Source: Deltaproteobacteria bacterium (GTDB lineage: Bacteria > Desulfobacterota > Anaeroferrophillalia > Anaeroferrophillales > Tharpellaceae). From it: DNA of 61,868 bases. This document shows positions 18,373 through 27,078 of the stretch, piece after piece. The stretch covers positions 1-61,868 of the forward strand of contig DAOVTG010000001.1 in assembly GCA_030633185.1 (NCBI GenBank), read 5' to 3'. The notes under the pieces are model-generated. The model searched no databases and was not told the origin of the DNA. It saw only the letters and a program-made list of their open reading frames with translations. A program made the translations under genes and the position numbers. The first letter of the stretch is position 1; the number at the start of each line of letters is the position of its first letter.

Positions 18373-20928
18373 ATGACTCTCCACGAAAAATCTGCACAAG
18401 CTTTGCCAAATAAGCCGGGAAATACCATTCTTTGGCTCTTTCTTCTGCCGATAATCATGGTTGCCCTGATCGCGGCCCTGATTAACCTCTGGTCGTTAAA
18501 TACCATGAAAGAGCGCAACCATATCCGGGCTGAAATCACCCATCAGTATTTGGTTCTTCTGCTGGAAATGGCACAACTCGGTCAAGAGATGGCAGATATT
18601 CACCTTCTGGCAACCGACAGTTTGAAAAAGGCCGTCGAGGGGGTAGTTGACGAGGGGGAGCTTTATCAAATCCATTCCATACTGGTTGATGGTTTGGCGG
18701 AGCTTGGGGAGAAAACCAGGATCCTGGCTGTAAGGCCGGAGGTTACAACCTGGGCTCCTGCAGATGCCCAGGTTATGGTTGATGATTTTGCCATTTATCG
18801 AAATTTCATGATCATGGCCACTGATATTGCGGCGATTGAGCCGCAAACGGCAAAATTTCATATCGACAAGGCCCGGGATCTTTTCATGGATATGGTTAAA
18901 CGTCGCCAGGCCATCTCTACAATCCTGACCGAAAATGCCCAGCAACAAAATCGGGTCAGTGAGCGCTCTACGTCTAAGATTTTTAATCAGGTTATGGGGG
19001 TCAGCGGATCGGGCTTGTTGGTGATGTTGCTGGTCTCGATTTTCCTCTCTCAGCTACTAAGTCGATGGATGAGCCGGATCGCTACCGCCCTCCATCTTCT
19101 GGCCCCAACCAGCAAGACCGCAATTGCCTTGCCCGAGATCGAACAGATGCAAAAAAAGGGGGTTGGTGAGTTCAAAAATATGGCTGGGGCGGTACTCGTT
19201 TTTCGCCAGGCGATTCAAGAACGTTATGCCGCGGAAACCGAACTTAAAGCCTATAAAGATAGTCTCGAAGAGTTGGTGAGCGAGCGTACCACGGAATTGA
19301 CTATCACCGCTAAACGGTTACAACAAGTCCAGAAGATCGCCCACTTAGGTAGTTGGGAATGGAATGTCAGCAACAATAAAATGGTCTGGTCAGAGGAAAC
19401 CTATCGTATACACGGATTTAATTCCTACGAAAAAATGATTGATTTTGAAACATTTTTCAGCATGGCCCATCTTGATGATCGCAAAGCGGTCAAGCAGGTT
19501 GTGAAAAAAGCTCTTAATTCCCAGCAGGGGTCTTATAGTATTGATCATCGGATTATTCGGCCTGATGGCAGCTTTCGTTTCGTCCAGGTGCAGGGTGAAA
19601 TGTTTCTTGATGACAGCGGTAATCCATGCAAAATGGTGGGAACAGTTCTGGATATAACGGATCGTAAAGAGATTGAACTAAACTTGATCAAAGCTAAAGA
19701 AGATGCCGAATCGGCAACCCGGGCCAAGGGCGAATTTCTGGCTAATATGAGCCATGAGATCAGAACTCCGATGAATGCCATCACTGGTTTTACTGAACTC
19801 GCCTTAGAGACCGAACTTAGCCCTAAACAGACCGATTATCTCAATAAAATACAGCTTTCCGCCTCATCTCTGTTGGGCATTATTAATGATATTCTCGATT
19901 TCTCCAAGATTGAAGCCGGGGCTTTGCTGATCGAAACAGTCAGTTTCCGTCCCGCCACTCTGGTTAATAATCTCTCCACCATTTTCAGCAGTCTGACTAA
20001 TGATAAAGGGCTGGGTATGATTTTCGATCTTGATGCCGAATTGCCCAAAGCTTTGCGGGGTGATCCCGGTCGACTTAACCAGGTTTTGGTCAATCTCACC
20101 TCAAATGCGATTAAATTTACCGAGCAGGGTGAAGTCGGGATCTCGATTCAAGTGGTTGAGCGAGATAACTCGGCGGTCAAGGTTCGATTTTCGGTTAAAG
20201 ATAGCGGTATCGGCATCGAAAAAGATACGTTGGGAAAAATCTTTACATCTTTCACCCAGGCCGACACCTCGACCACCAGAAAATACGGGGGCACCGGCTT
20301 AGGCCTGACGATCTGCGCTCAACTGGTTGAACTTATGGGCGGCAAGATCACGGTAGAGAGTACCTTAGGCCAGGGTTCTCTATTTTTTTTCACCCTGGAT
20401 ATGACGATCGGGGAAGAGGTCAAAGTCGTAACTGCGACCGACTCTCTCTTGCCGGCTGGAGCTGCGGGCAGTGCTAAAGAGCCAGCCCTTCTAAAGGGCT
20501 GCCGGGTTCTTCTGGTTGAGGACAATTTGATTAATAAGGAAGTGGCCATAGCGAAGCTTGAAAAAATCGGTCTTATAGTCGATCTCGCTGGTAATGGTCG
20601 GGAAGCGGTCAAGGCGGCAGCGGCATTTGACTATGACGCCATTCTTATGGATATCCAGATGCCGATTATGGGTGGTTTAAAAGCTGCAAGCTTAATTCGT
20701 GAAGAGGAAGTTGTGCAACTTGCAAAAGGGGCCGACCGTCGGGTACCGATTATCGCCATGACCGCCAATGCCATGATTGAAGATGAGAAAAAAAGCCTTG
20801 CGGCCGGTATGGATAGTCACATCAGTAAACCGATTGACACCAAACTGCTCTATCAAACCTTGATCAACTGTGTTACCCAAGAACGCGAAAAAAGGGCCAT
20901 CTCCGCTACCACAAAAGGTGATAAATAA
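18373..20928 (+). CDS. Hybrid sensor histidine kinase/response regulator (helical periplasmic sensor, HAMP-like, PAS, HisKA, HATPase_c, REC)
   Basis: Two TMs; PAS (LGSWEWNVSNNKMVWSEETYRIHG); H-box [14 protein letters not shown]; G-boxes; REC (VLLVEDNLINK...LMDIQMPIMGG...SKP). Confidence 0.85.
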   Translation: MTLHEKSAQALPNKPGNTILWLFLLPIIMVALIAALINLWSLNTMKERNHIRAEITHQYLVLLLEMAQLGQEMADIHLLATDSLKKAVEGVVDEGELYQIHSILVDGLAELGEKTRILAVRPEVTTWAPADAQVMVDDFAIYRNFMIMATDIAAIEPQTAKFHIDKARDLFMDMVKRRQAISTILTENAQQQNRVSERSTSKIFNQVMGVSGSGLLVMLLVSIFLSQLLSRWMSRIATALHLLAPTSKTAIALPEIEQMQKKGVGEFKNMAGAVLVFRQAIQERYAAETELKAYKDSLEELVSERTTELTITAKRLQQVQKIAHLGSWEWNVSNNKMVWSEETYRIHGFNSYEKMIDFETFFSMAHLDDRKAVKQVVKKALNSQQGSYSIDHRIIRPDGSFRFVQVQGEMFLDDSGNPCKMVGTVLDITDRKEIELNLIKAKEDAESATRAKGEFLANMSHEIRTPMNAITGFTELALETELSPKQTDYLNKIQLSASSLLGIINDILDFSKIEAGALLIETVSFRPATLVNNLSTIFSSLTNDKGLGMIFDLDAELPKALRGDPGRLNQVLVNLTSNAIKFTEQGEVGISIQVVERDNSAVKVRFSVKDSGIGIEKDTLGKIFTSFTQADTSTTRKYGGTGLGLTICAQLVELMGGKITVESTLGQGSLFFFTLDMTIGEEVKVVTATDSLLPAGAAGSAKEPALLKGCRVLLVEDNLINKEVAIAKLEKIGLIVDLAGNGREAVKAAAAFDYDAILMDIQMPIMGGLKAASLIREEEVVQLAKGADRRVPIIAMTANAMIEDEKKSLAAGMDSHISKPIDTKLLYQTLINCVTQEREKRAISATTKGDK

Positions 20929-21019
20929 GACTGGTTTCCGGATTCTCTGCCGGGGTTGTCTGTGTGAGTCTGTGGCTAAAAAAGTAGTTACTTAGAAGCG
21001 CCCAAGGAAAAAATAGATA

Positions 21020-22555
21020 ATGAAAAGCAAACAAGCCCTTAAACGTGCGACCGGTAGCTTACTTTTTGCTTGGACCCTGTTATTTGTTCTCTTGTTACTG
21101 CTCTCCGGCAGCCATATCAAGCAGACAACCAGAGAGATTGCTCGCTCTGAGGCTCGGGCCCATTTTAATAAAGATGTTGCTTTCAGGCAGTGGACTGCCA
21201 GACATGGCGGTCTCTATGTTCCGGTTAGTGACGACACCCCGCCCAATCCCTATCTCTCCCATATTGTTACTAGAGATATAACCAGTTCCGACGGAACCAG
21301 ATTAACCTTGATGAACCCGGCTTATGCGGTTCGTCAGTTAAATGAGATGTTTACCGAGAACTACGGTATTACTGGCCATATAACCAGCCTTAAATTAATG
21401 CGGCCCGAAAATGGCCCGGATCAATGGGAGGAGGCAGCTCTGCATAAATTTGAAACAGGTGAAAAAGAGATTTCGGAGTTTACCTCAATTGCTGGTGAAC
21501 CATACCTGCGCCTGATTCAACCCCTGATAATTCAACCAGGCTGTTTGAAATGCCACGCTCATCAAGACTATAAGGTTGGGGATGTTAGGGGTGGTATCGG
21601 GGTCTCTCTGCCCATGGCCTCACTTTATAGCAAAGAACAACAGTCTCTACTTTTGTTTACAATTTCATTGGTCAGTCTCTGGTTGCTGGGAGTCAGCCTG
21701 GTCTTGTGGGGCAGTCATAAAATTGGGAAGGTCACTCGGGAACGAGATAATGCCTACGAAAACATGGAGGAATTACTGAACAAACGTACCGCCCATCTCC
21801 GGAAGGCTATGAGCAAAGCCGAGGCCGCAAACCAGGCCAAAAGTGAGTTTTTGGCAACTATGAGTCATGAGATCCGCACTCCAATGAATGCGATTATCGG
21901 TTTTGGTGAGTTGGTTATGGATACCGATCTAACTCCCAAACAGACAGATTATCTGAGTAAAATCCAGATCGCCTCAACTTCTCTACTGCGTATTATTGAC
22001 GACATTCTCGACTTTTCCAAGATTGAGGCGGGAAAACTGCGTATTGAGCAGATTGATTTCACTCTTGTATCTCTTGTTGACAAAATTTCTGCCATCTTCA
22101 GCAGTCCGGCCTCTGATAAAGGTCTGAGATTGATTTTTGATCTGGATCGCCGCTTGCCTCAGGTTTTACAGGGCGATCCCAACCGGCTCAACCAGGTTCT
22201 AACAAACCTGGTCTCCAATGCCGTTAAATTTACCGAAAAAGGCGAAGTCAAAGTGTTGATTGAAGAGTTTGACCGCGATCTGACAACGGTAAAAGTCAAA
22301 TTTTCGGTTGTTGATAGTGGCATCGGCATGGAAAAAGATATCGTGGATAAAATTTTTGCCTCCTTTATCCAGGCCGACAGCTCGACTACCAGAAAATATA
22401 GCGGAACCGGTCTTGGTCTTAGTATCTGCAAACAGTTAATTGAACTTATGGGTGGCACGATTGCGGTTGAAAGTCTGCCCGGTCAAGGATCAAACTTCTC
22501 TTTTATACTTGATTTCTCTATCGGAGATGGGGAACCGGTTTGCAATCCGGTATGA
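21020..22555 (+). CDS. Sensor histidine kinase with DUF3365-type c-type-heme sensor domain (no REC)
   Basis: Signal/TM, DUF3365-like region with the CLKCH heme-c motif and [16 protein letters not shown]-box [14 protein letters not shown], HATPase_c. By eye the kinase core is about 65% identical to the preceding gene. Confidence 0.8.
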   Translation: MKSKQALKRATGSLLFAWTLLFVLLLLLSGSHIKQTTREIARSEARAHFNKDVAFRQWTARHGGLYVPVSDDTPPNPYLSHIVTRDITSSDGTRLTLMNPAYAVRQLNEMFTENYGITGHITSLKLMRPENGPDQWEEAALHKFETGEKEISEFTSIAGEPYLRLIQPLIIQPGCLKCHAHQDYKVGDVRGGIGVSLPMASLYSKEQQSLLLFTISLVSLWLLGVSLVLWGSHKIGKVTRERDNAYENMEELLNKRTAHLRKAMSKAEAANQAKSEFLATMSHEIRTPMNAIIGFGELVMDTDLTPKQTDYLSKIQIASTSLLRIIDDILDFSKIEAGKLRIEQIDFTLVSLVDKISAIFSSPASDKGLRLIFDLDRRLPQVLQGDPNRLNQVLTNLVSNAVKFTEKGEVKVLIEEFDRDLTTVKVKFSVVDSGIGMEKDIVDKIFASFIQADSSTTRKYSGTGLGLSICKQLIELMGGTIAVESLPGQGSNFSFILDFSIGDGEPVCNPV

Positions 22556-22576
22556 CGGTTATGAGACTTTTTTACG

Positions 22577-24418
22577 ATGTTCAAATTTACTAAAATTGTA
22601 TTATTTATAATGTCGCATCTTCTATCAGTTCCCTGCCCGGTCTCTGCGGCTGCAATCGAGCATCGGGACAGTATTGTTCAGTATTGGTGTCCGTTGCTTG
22701 TCATTGCATTGATTTTTTTCTTTATCTTATTGTGGAACCGCCTTCTGCATCGTCAGGTGGCTGAGCGCACCGTCCAATTACAACAACATAAACAAGAGCT
22801 TGAAATGAAGGTCGCGGAACGTACTGCAGAGCTGCTACAGAGCCAGGGTCATTCTCAAGCTATACTTAATGCGATGAGCAAGAGTGGGGAAGGTTTGCTT
22901 ATTATTGATTCAGACTACCGGATCAGAGAGATGAATTCGGTGATGATCGACTGGTTCGGTGACCAGACGGGCAAAAATTGTCATCGCTCACTTGGAGGCC
23001 TGGAGCAACCTTGCCCCTGTTGTCAGTTGGAACGTGTTATCCAGCAGGGAGAGACGGTCAACTACCAGCCCACGGCTCCAGATGGCCGTGTCCTGGAAAT
23101 TGTCGCTACTCCGATTAATAACAGTGATGGTAGTACCTCTAAAATGGAGATGATAAGAGATATTAGCGCACGAATAAAAGATCAACAAGATTTAGAGGAT
23201 AGTCGACTTCAACTAAAACTTGCCATGGAGGCAGCGAACCTCGGTTCCTGGGATTGGCGACCGCAGAGCGACGAGCTTTTTACCAATGATATTTTCCTTA
23301 CCATGTTTGGCTATGCTCCTGATGCCTTTCCTGAAACCACCGAACGTTGGGCAGCGTTGGTACATCCTGATGATATGGAATCGATCATGAGGGTTGTGCA
23401 ACCACTTCTTGATGGCGATGACACTCCTTATAATATTGAATATCGTATGCGAAATGCTGATGGCCAATGGTGCTGGGTTCTGGATGTCGGACAGGTGGTT
23501 GAACGTGACGCAGAGAGAAAAGCGGTTCGTTTTATCGGAGTGCATATCGATATTACCGAATATAAACAGGTTGCTGGAAAACAGATAGAAAAGATTGAAG
23601 ATTATGGGTTGCGTGGAGCAAAGATTCTCCTGGTCGAGGATAATGAGTTAAATCAGGAACTGGCAAATGTGTTACTTGATCGTGAAGGAATGTTTGTCAC
23701 CTCGGTTTGGAATGGCCAGGAGGCTCTTGAGATACTGCATACAGAGCGCTTTGACGGGATCTTGATGGATCTGCAAATGCCGGTTATGGACGGCTATGAG
23801 GCAACCCGTGAGATTAGAAAACTCCCTCAATATAAAACCCTTCCCATTATTGCCATAACCGCTAACGTCATGACCGAAGACCGGGAAAAGGCCATGGCGG
23901 CAGGAATGAATGACTACATGGGCAAACCTTTTAAAAAACTTGAGATGTTTCGCACCATGGCTCGTTGGATTACTCCGTCCGAGCCTTGCCTTGGGGAGAA
24001 TGTGCAGGTTGTTGATGAAAAAGAGCAAAAGCCGGAGACCGAAAAACAAGAAAAAATTCTTGTTGGCATTGACATGCAAGAGGGGTTGGAAATCTGTCTT
24101 GACGACCCGAAATTATACCAGAAGATTCTTGGTATGTTTTGCCAATATTATCGTAATTTCGAGCAGGATTTTCTGAAGGCACAACAAGGCGATGAACCCC
24201 AGACCGCCATCCGCCTGGCCCACACCCTCAAAGGTGCTGCCTGTGAAATCGGCGCGACCGATATCCCGCAGTTAGCCCAAAGTTTAGAGACGCTCTGCCA
24301 TGAAGGCGGTTCCCGTCAAGAGATCAGCATCGCGTTGCAGGAGTTGATCAAGGAGCTAAATCCATTAATTGTTTCAGTAGATCGTTTTCTTGCCGAAGTT
24401 ACTAAAAAGAGTTTTTAA
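22577..24418 (+). CDS. PAS-PAS-REC-Hpt phosphorelay protein lacking a kinase core
   Basis: TM, coiled coil, PAS with Cys cluster (NCHRSLGGLEQPCPCC), second PAS (LGSWDWRPQSDELFTND), REC (ILLVEDNELNQ...LMDLQMPVMDG...GKP), Hpt (LAHTLKGAACEIGA). Confidence 0.8.
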   Translation: MFKFTKIVLFIMSHLLSVPCPVSAAAIEHRDSIVQYWCPLLVIALIFFFILLWNRLLHRQVAERTVQLQQHKQELEMKVAERTAELLQSQGHSQAILNAMSKSGEGLLIIDSDYRIREMNSVMIDWFGDQTGKNCHRSLGGLEQPCPCCQLERVIQQGETVNYQPTAPDGRVLEIVATPINNSDGSTSKMEMIRDISARIKDQQDLEDSRLQLKLAMEAANLGSWDWRPQSDELFTNDIFLTMFGYAPDAFPETTERWAALVHPDDMESIMRVVQPLLDGDDTPYNIEYRMRNADGQWCWVLDVGQVVERDAERKAVRFIGVHIDITEYKQVAGKQIEKIEDYGLRGAKILLVEDNELNQELANVLLDREGMFVTSVWNGQEALEILHTERFDGILMDLQMPVMDGYEATREIRKLPQYKTLPIIAITANVMTEDREKAMAAGMNDYMGKPFKKLEMFRTMARWITPSEPCLGENVQVVDEKEQKPETEKQEKILVGIDMQEGLEICLDDPKLYQKILGMFCQYYRNFEQDFLKAQQGDEPQTAIRLAHTLKGAACEIGATDIPQLAQSLETLCHEGGSRQEISIALQELIKELNPLIVSVDRFLAEVTKKSF

Positions 24419-24513
24419 TGGAATTTTTCGAGTGGTTGGACAGTTTTTCATTTCACAATTCCAACGATGAGCGACACTTGTCTTGTTCGGTCTCTGTTTC
24501 GAAAAAGTCTTGA
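24418..24513 (+). pseudogene. Hemerythrin-like gene remnant (first ~17-20 codons only)
   Basis: GAGTTTTTAATGGAATTTTTCGAGTGGTTGGACAGTT... matches 49756-49815 almost base for base ([14 protein letters not shown] vs [14 protein letters not shown]). Similarity is lost after about 24480, with a stop at 24511-24513. Confidence 0.6.
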
Positions 24514-24544
24514 CTATTTCGGAGTTGGGGTCTATATGGTCAGA

Positions 24545-25690
24545 ATGAAAAGAGTACTGATAGATAATATCCGCGCTGATTTGGTCAAAAAAATTGTTCT
24601 GGTTAGCGGGCCTCGCCAGGCAGGTAAAACTACTCTGGCCAAGATGATTGATCCATCTTTTGATTATTTCAATTACGATAGTGCAGAGCATCGTCTGGCC
24701 TTGATGGAGAAGTCCTGGGATCGGACAAAAAAATTGGTGATTTTTGACGAGCTCCACAAGATGAAGGAGTGGAAGTCCTGGTTGAAAGGGGTCTATGACA
24801 CCGAAAAGATACCTCCCTCATTGTTGGTGACCGGGAGTGCCAAGCTTGATAGCTTTCGTAAGGTTGGTGACTCTCTAGCCGGCCGCTTTTTTCGGTACCG
24901 ACTTCATCCCCTTGACCTGAAAGAGATTCAACTGGTCTTGCAGCCCGCAGAGATGGGGGTTGTTCTTGATCAACTTCTGCTGCTCGGGGGATTTCCGGAA
25001 CCTTTTCTTGAGGGCTCAGAGAGGTTCTATAAACGCTGGAAACATTCACACTTAGATATTATCCTCAGGCAGGATCTTATTGATCTTGAAAATATAAGTC
25101 AAATACAGTCAGTTGAAACTTTAATTGAATTGTTGAGAGGTCGGGTCGGCAGCCCGATCTCTTATTCGTCTTTAGCCGGAGATTTACAGTGTTCAGATAA
25201 GACAGTGAAAAAATGGCTGACCATTTTAGAGAATATGTATGTAATATTCAAGGTCACCCCCTATCATAAAAATATTGCCCGCTCGCTGCTTAAAGCACCA
25301 AAATACTATTTTTATGATACCGGTCAGGTTTTGGGAGATCAAGGACTGAAATTAGAAAACCTTACGGCCTGCGCCCTGCTCAAAGAGATCCATCGTCAAA
25401 GTGACTGTTTTGGAGAGATCTTTAAATTGCATTATCTGCGCAGCAAAGAGAAGCATGAAATTGATTTTCTTGTGGTCGGTGATAAAGTTGAGCCACTGCT
25501 GCTTGAAGTAAAGTGGAGTGATGACAAACCGAGTAAGAATTTCAATAAATTTAGTGACTATTTTCCCGGGGCAAAAAAAGTGCAGATCGTAAAAAAACTT
25601 GAGCGGGAAAAAACCTACCCCGACGGAAGCGAAATTCGCAGAGCTCATTCCTGGTTGACTGAGTTCTCTTTGGCCGCAGGCGTAGAGTAA
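24545..25690 (+). CDS. AAA+ ATPase with C-terminal DUF4143 / PD-(D/E)xK-like module (COG1373-type)
   Basis: Walker A GPRQAGKTTLAK, Walker B VIFDELH, C-terminal HEIDFLV...LLLEVKW (D...ExK pattern). The start MKRVLIDN at 24545 is preferred over the tracked 24467. Confidence 0.8.
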   Translation: MKRVLIDNIRADLVKKIVLVSGPRQAGKTTLAKMIDPSFDYFNYDSAEHRLALMEKSWDRTKKLVIFDELHKMKEWKSWLKGVYDTEKIPPSLLVTGSAKLDSFRKVGDSLAGRFFRYRLHPLDLKEIQLVLQPAEMGVVLDQLLLLGGFPEPFLEGSERFYKRWKHSHLDIILRQDLIDLENISQIQSVETLIELLRGRVGSPISYSSLAGDLQCSDKTVKKWLTILENMYVIFKVTPYHKNIARSLLKAPKYYFYDTGQVLGDQGLKLENLTACALLKEIHRQSDCFGEIFKLHYLRSKEKHEIDFLVVGDKVEPLLLEVKWSDDKPSKNFNKFSDYFPGAKKVQIVKKLEREKTYPDGSEIRRAHSWLTEFSLAAGVE

Positions 25691-25822
25691 TATATTGCAA
25701 AATCAAAAATTGAGGTGAATAAATGAAATTTAGTTTAACTGAAGAGATCTGGAAAGAAGCGCTTGACATTAAGATAGTTCAATATTAAAGATTGATTAAT
25801 CTTAATATTGTGGTGCGGCGTA

Positions 25823-26992
25823 ATGTGGATTGATCGGACAATTACAAAAAAAATTTACCGTTCTACAGAATCTAGACCGGTTGTTATGCTGACAGGAGCT
25901 CGGCAAACTGGTAAAAGTTCTTTATTAAAGAGGCTTTTTCCCGAAAGTCGGTATATCACTTTTGATTATATCAGGCAGGTGGAGGCGGCCAAAGAGTCCC
26001 CACAACAATTTCTGAAATACTGTACTGGTCAAACAATCCTTGATGAAATCCAATATGTTCCAGAACTTTTTCGAGAACTCAAAATCCATGTCGACAATGC
26101 CCGTGATGTTTATGGAAAATGGATTATTACCGGTAGTCAACGCTTTGAATTGATGGAGCAAGTTAGCGAAAGTTTAGCCGGTCGTATTAGTGTTATTAAT
26201 CTTGAAACACTTAGTGCGAGAGAACTGCGGGAGAGTAGTTTTGAGTGTGTAGATGATTATCTTTGGCAAGGAGGTTATCCCGAGCTTTGGAGTAATCCGA
26301 GTCTGGATCTGGAAGATTTTTTCGAAAACTACATTAGAACCTATATTGAACGTGACTTAAAACAACTTATTGAGGTGAAAAATCTCAATGATTTTAGGCG
26401 TTTTATAAGAGTGCTTGCGGCTCGGATTGGCCAGCTTTTGAATTATCGAAATATTGCAAATGATGTCGGGGTTACGGATGTTACCGTTAAGCGTTGGTTG
26501 CATGCTTTGGAAATGGGTGGTTTAATCTATCTGTTACCTCCTTTTTTTACAAATATCGGCAAGCGTTTGGTCAAAGCTCCCAAGCTTTACTTTAGTGATC
26601 ATGGTCTGGCTTGTTATCTTCTTGGTATATCAGATGCAGATAAATGGTGTAATCATATGCATCGAGGTAACCTTTGGGAAAATTTTGTTTTACTGGAACT
26701 TATCAAGAACAATAATTTGATACCTGGCAAAGAGTTGTTCTTTTACCGTGACCAAAATGGTGTTGAGATAGACTGTGTTATTGAACAAGGAGACAGGATT
26801 ACACTGTTAGAAGCAAAAGCCGGGGAAAAAATTGATAACCGAAAGTTGAATTTTAATAAAGTTGTTCCTCTTCTCCAGAAAAACTATCAAATTGAGTGCG
26901 TAGTAGCGCACACTCCCGCTGACAACTCAATAGCGCAACTCAAAGACTACAAATCATTCAATCCACTTAGGGTCAATTTTACTCCGAAATAA
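25823..26992 (+). CDS. AAA+ ATPase with C-terminal DUF4143 / PD-(D/E)xK-like module, divergent paralogue of the preceding gene
   Basis: Walker A GARQTGKSSLLK, Walker B TILDEIQ, C-terminal VEIDCVI...TLLEAKAG. The ATG at 25823 (MWIDRTI) is preferred over the TTG at 25808. Confidence 0.8.
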   Translation: MWIDRTITKKIYRSTESRPVVMLTGARQTGKSSLLKRLFPESRYITFDYIRQVEAAKESPQQFLKYCTGQTILDEIQYVPELFRELKIHVDNARDVYGKWIITGSQRFELMEQVSESLAGRISVINLETLSARELRESSFECVDDYLWQGGYPELWSNPSLDLEDFFENYIRTYIERDLKQLIEVKNLNDFRRFIRVLAARIGQLLNYRNIANDVGVTDVTVKRWLHALEMGGLIYLLPPFFTNIGKRLVKAPKLYFSDHGLACYLLGISDADKWCNHMHRGNLWENFVLLELIKNNNLIPGKELFFYRDQNGVEIDCVIEQGDRITLLEAKAGEKIDNRKLNFNKVVPLLQKNYQIECVVAHTPADNSIAQLKDYKSFNPLRVNFTPK

Positions 26993-27078
26993 GAGGAGGC
27001 GTAGACCCACATAGACAATTTTCTCCGGTTGCTGACTCTCAAGGTTGTGTTAGCATTTTTTATTCATTGTATCAGAAC

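Noticed and set aside
25723-25788. 21-codon ORF (MKFSLTEEIWKEALDIKIVQY) with a GGTGA RBS between the two ATPase genes
   Set aside because: It is too short and has no recognisable similarity. It could be a gene fragment or chance. It is noted here but not called as a feature.
24418-26992. Calling the ATPase pair a mobile element
   Set aside because: Evidence for insertion exists (the truncated hemerythrin gene). However, I saw no transposase, integrase, terminal inverted repeats, target-site duplication or flanking tRNA, so the mobile_element type is not supported.
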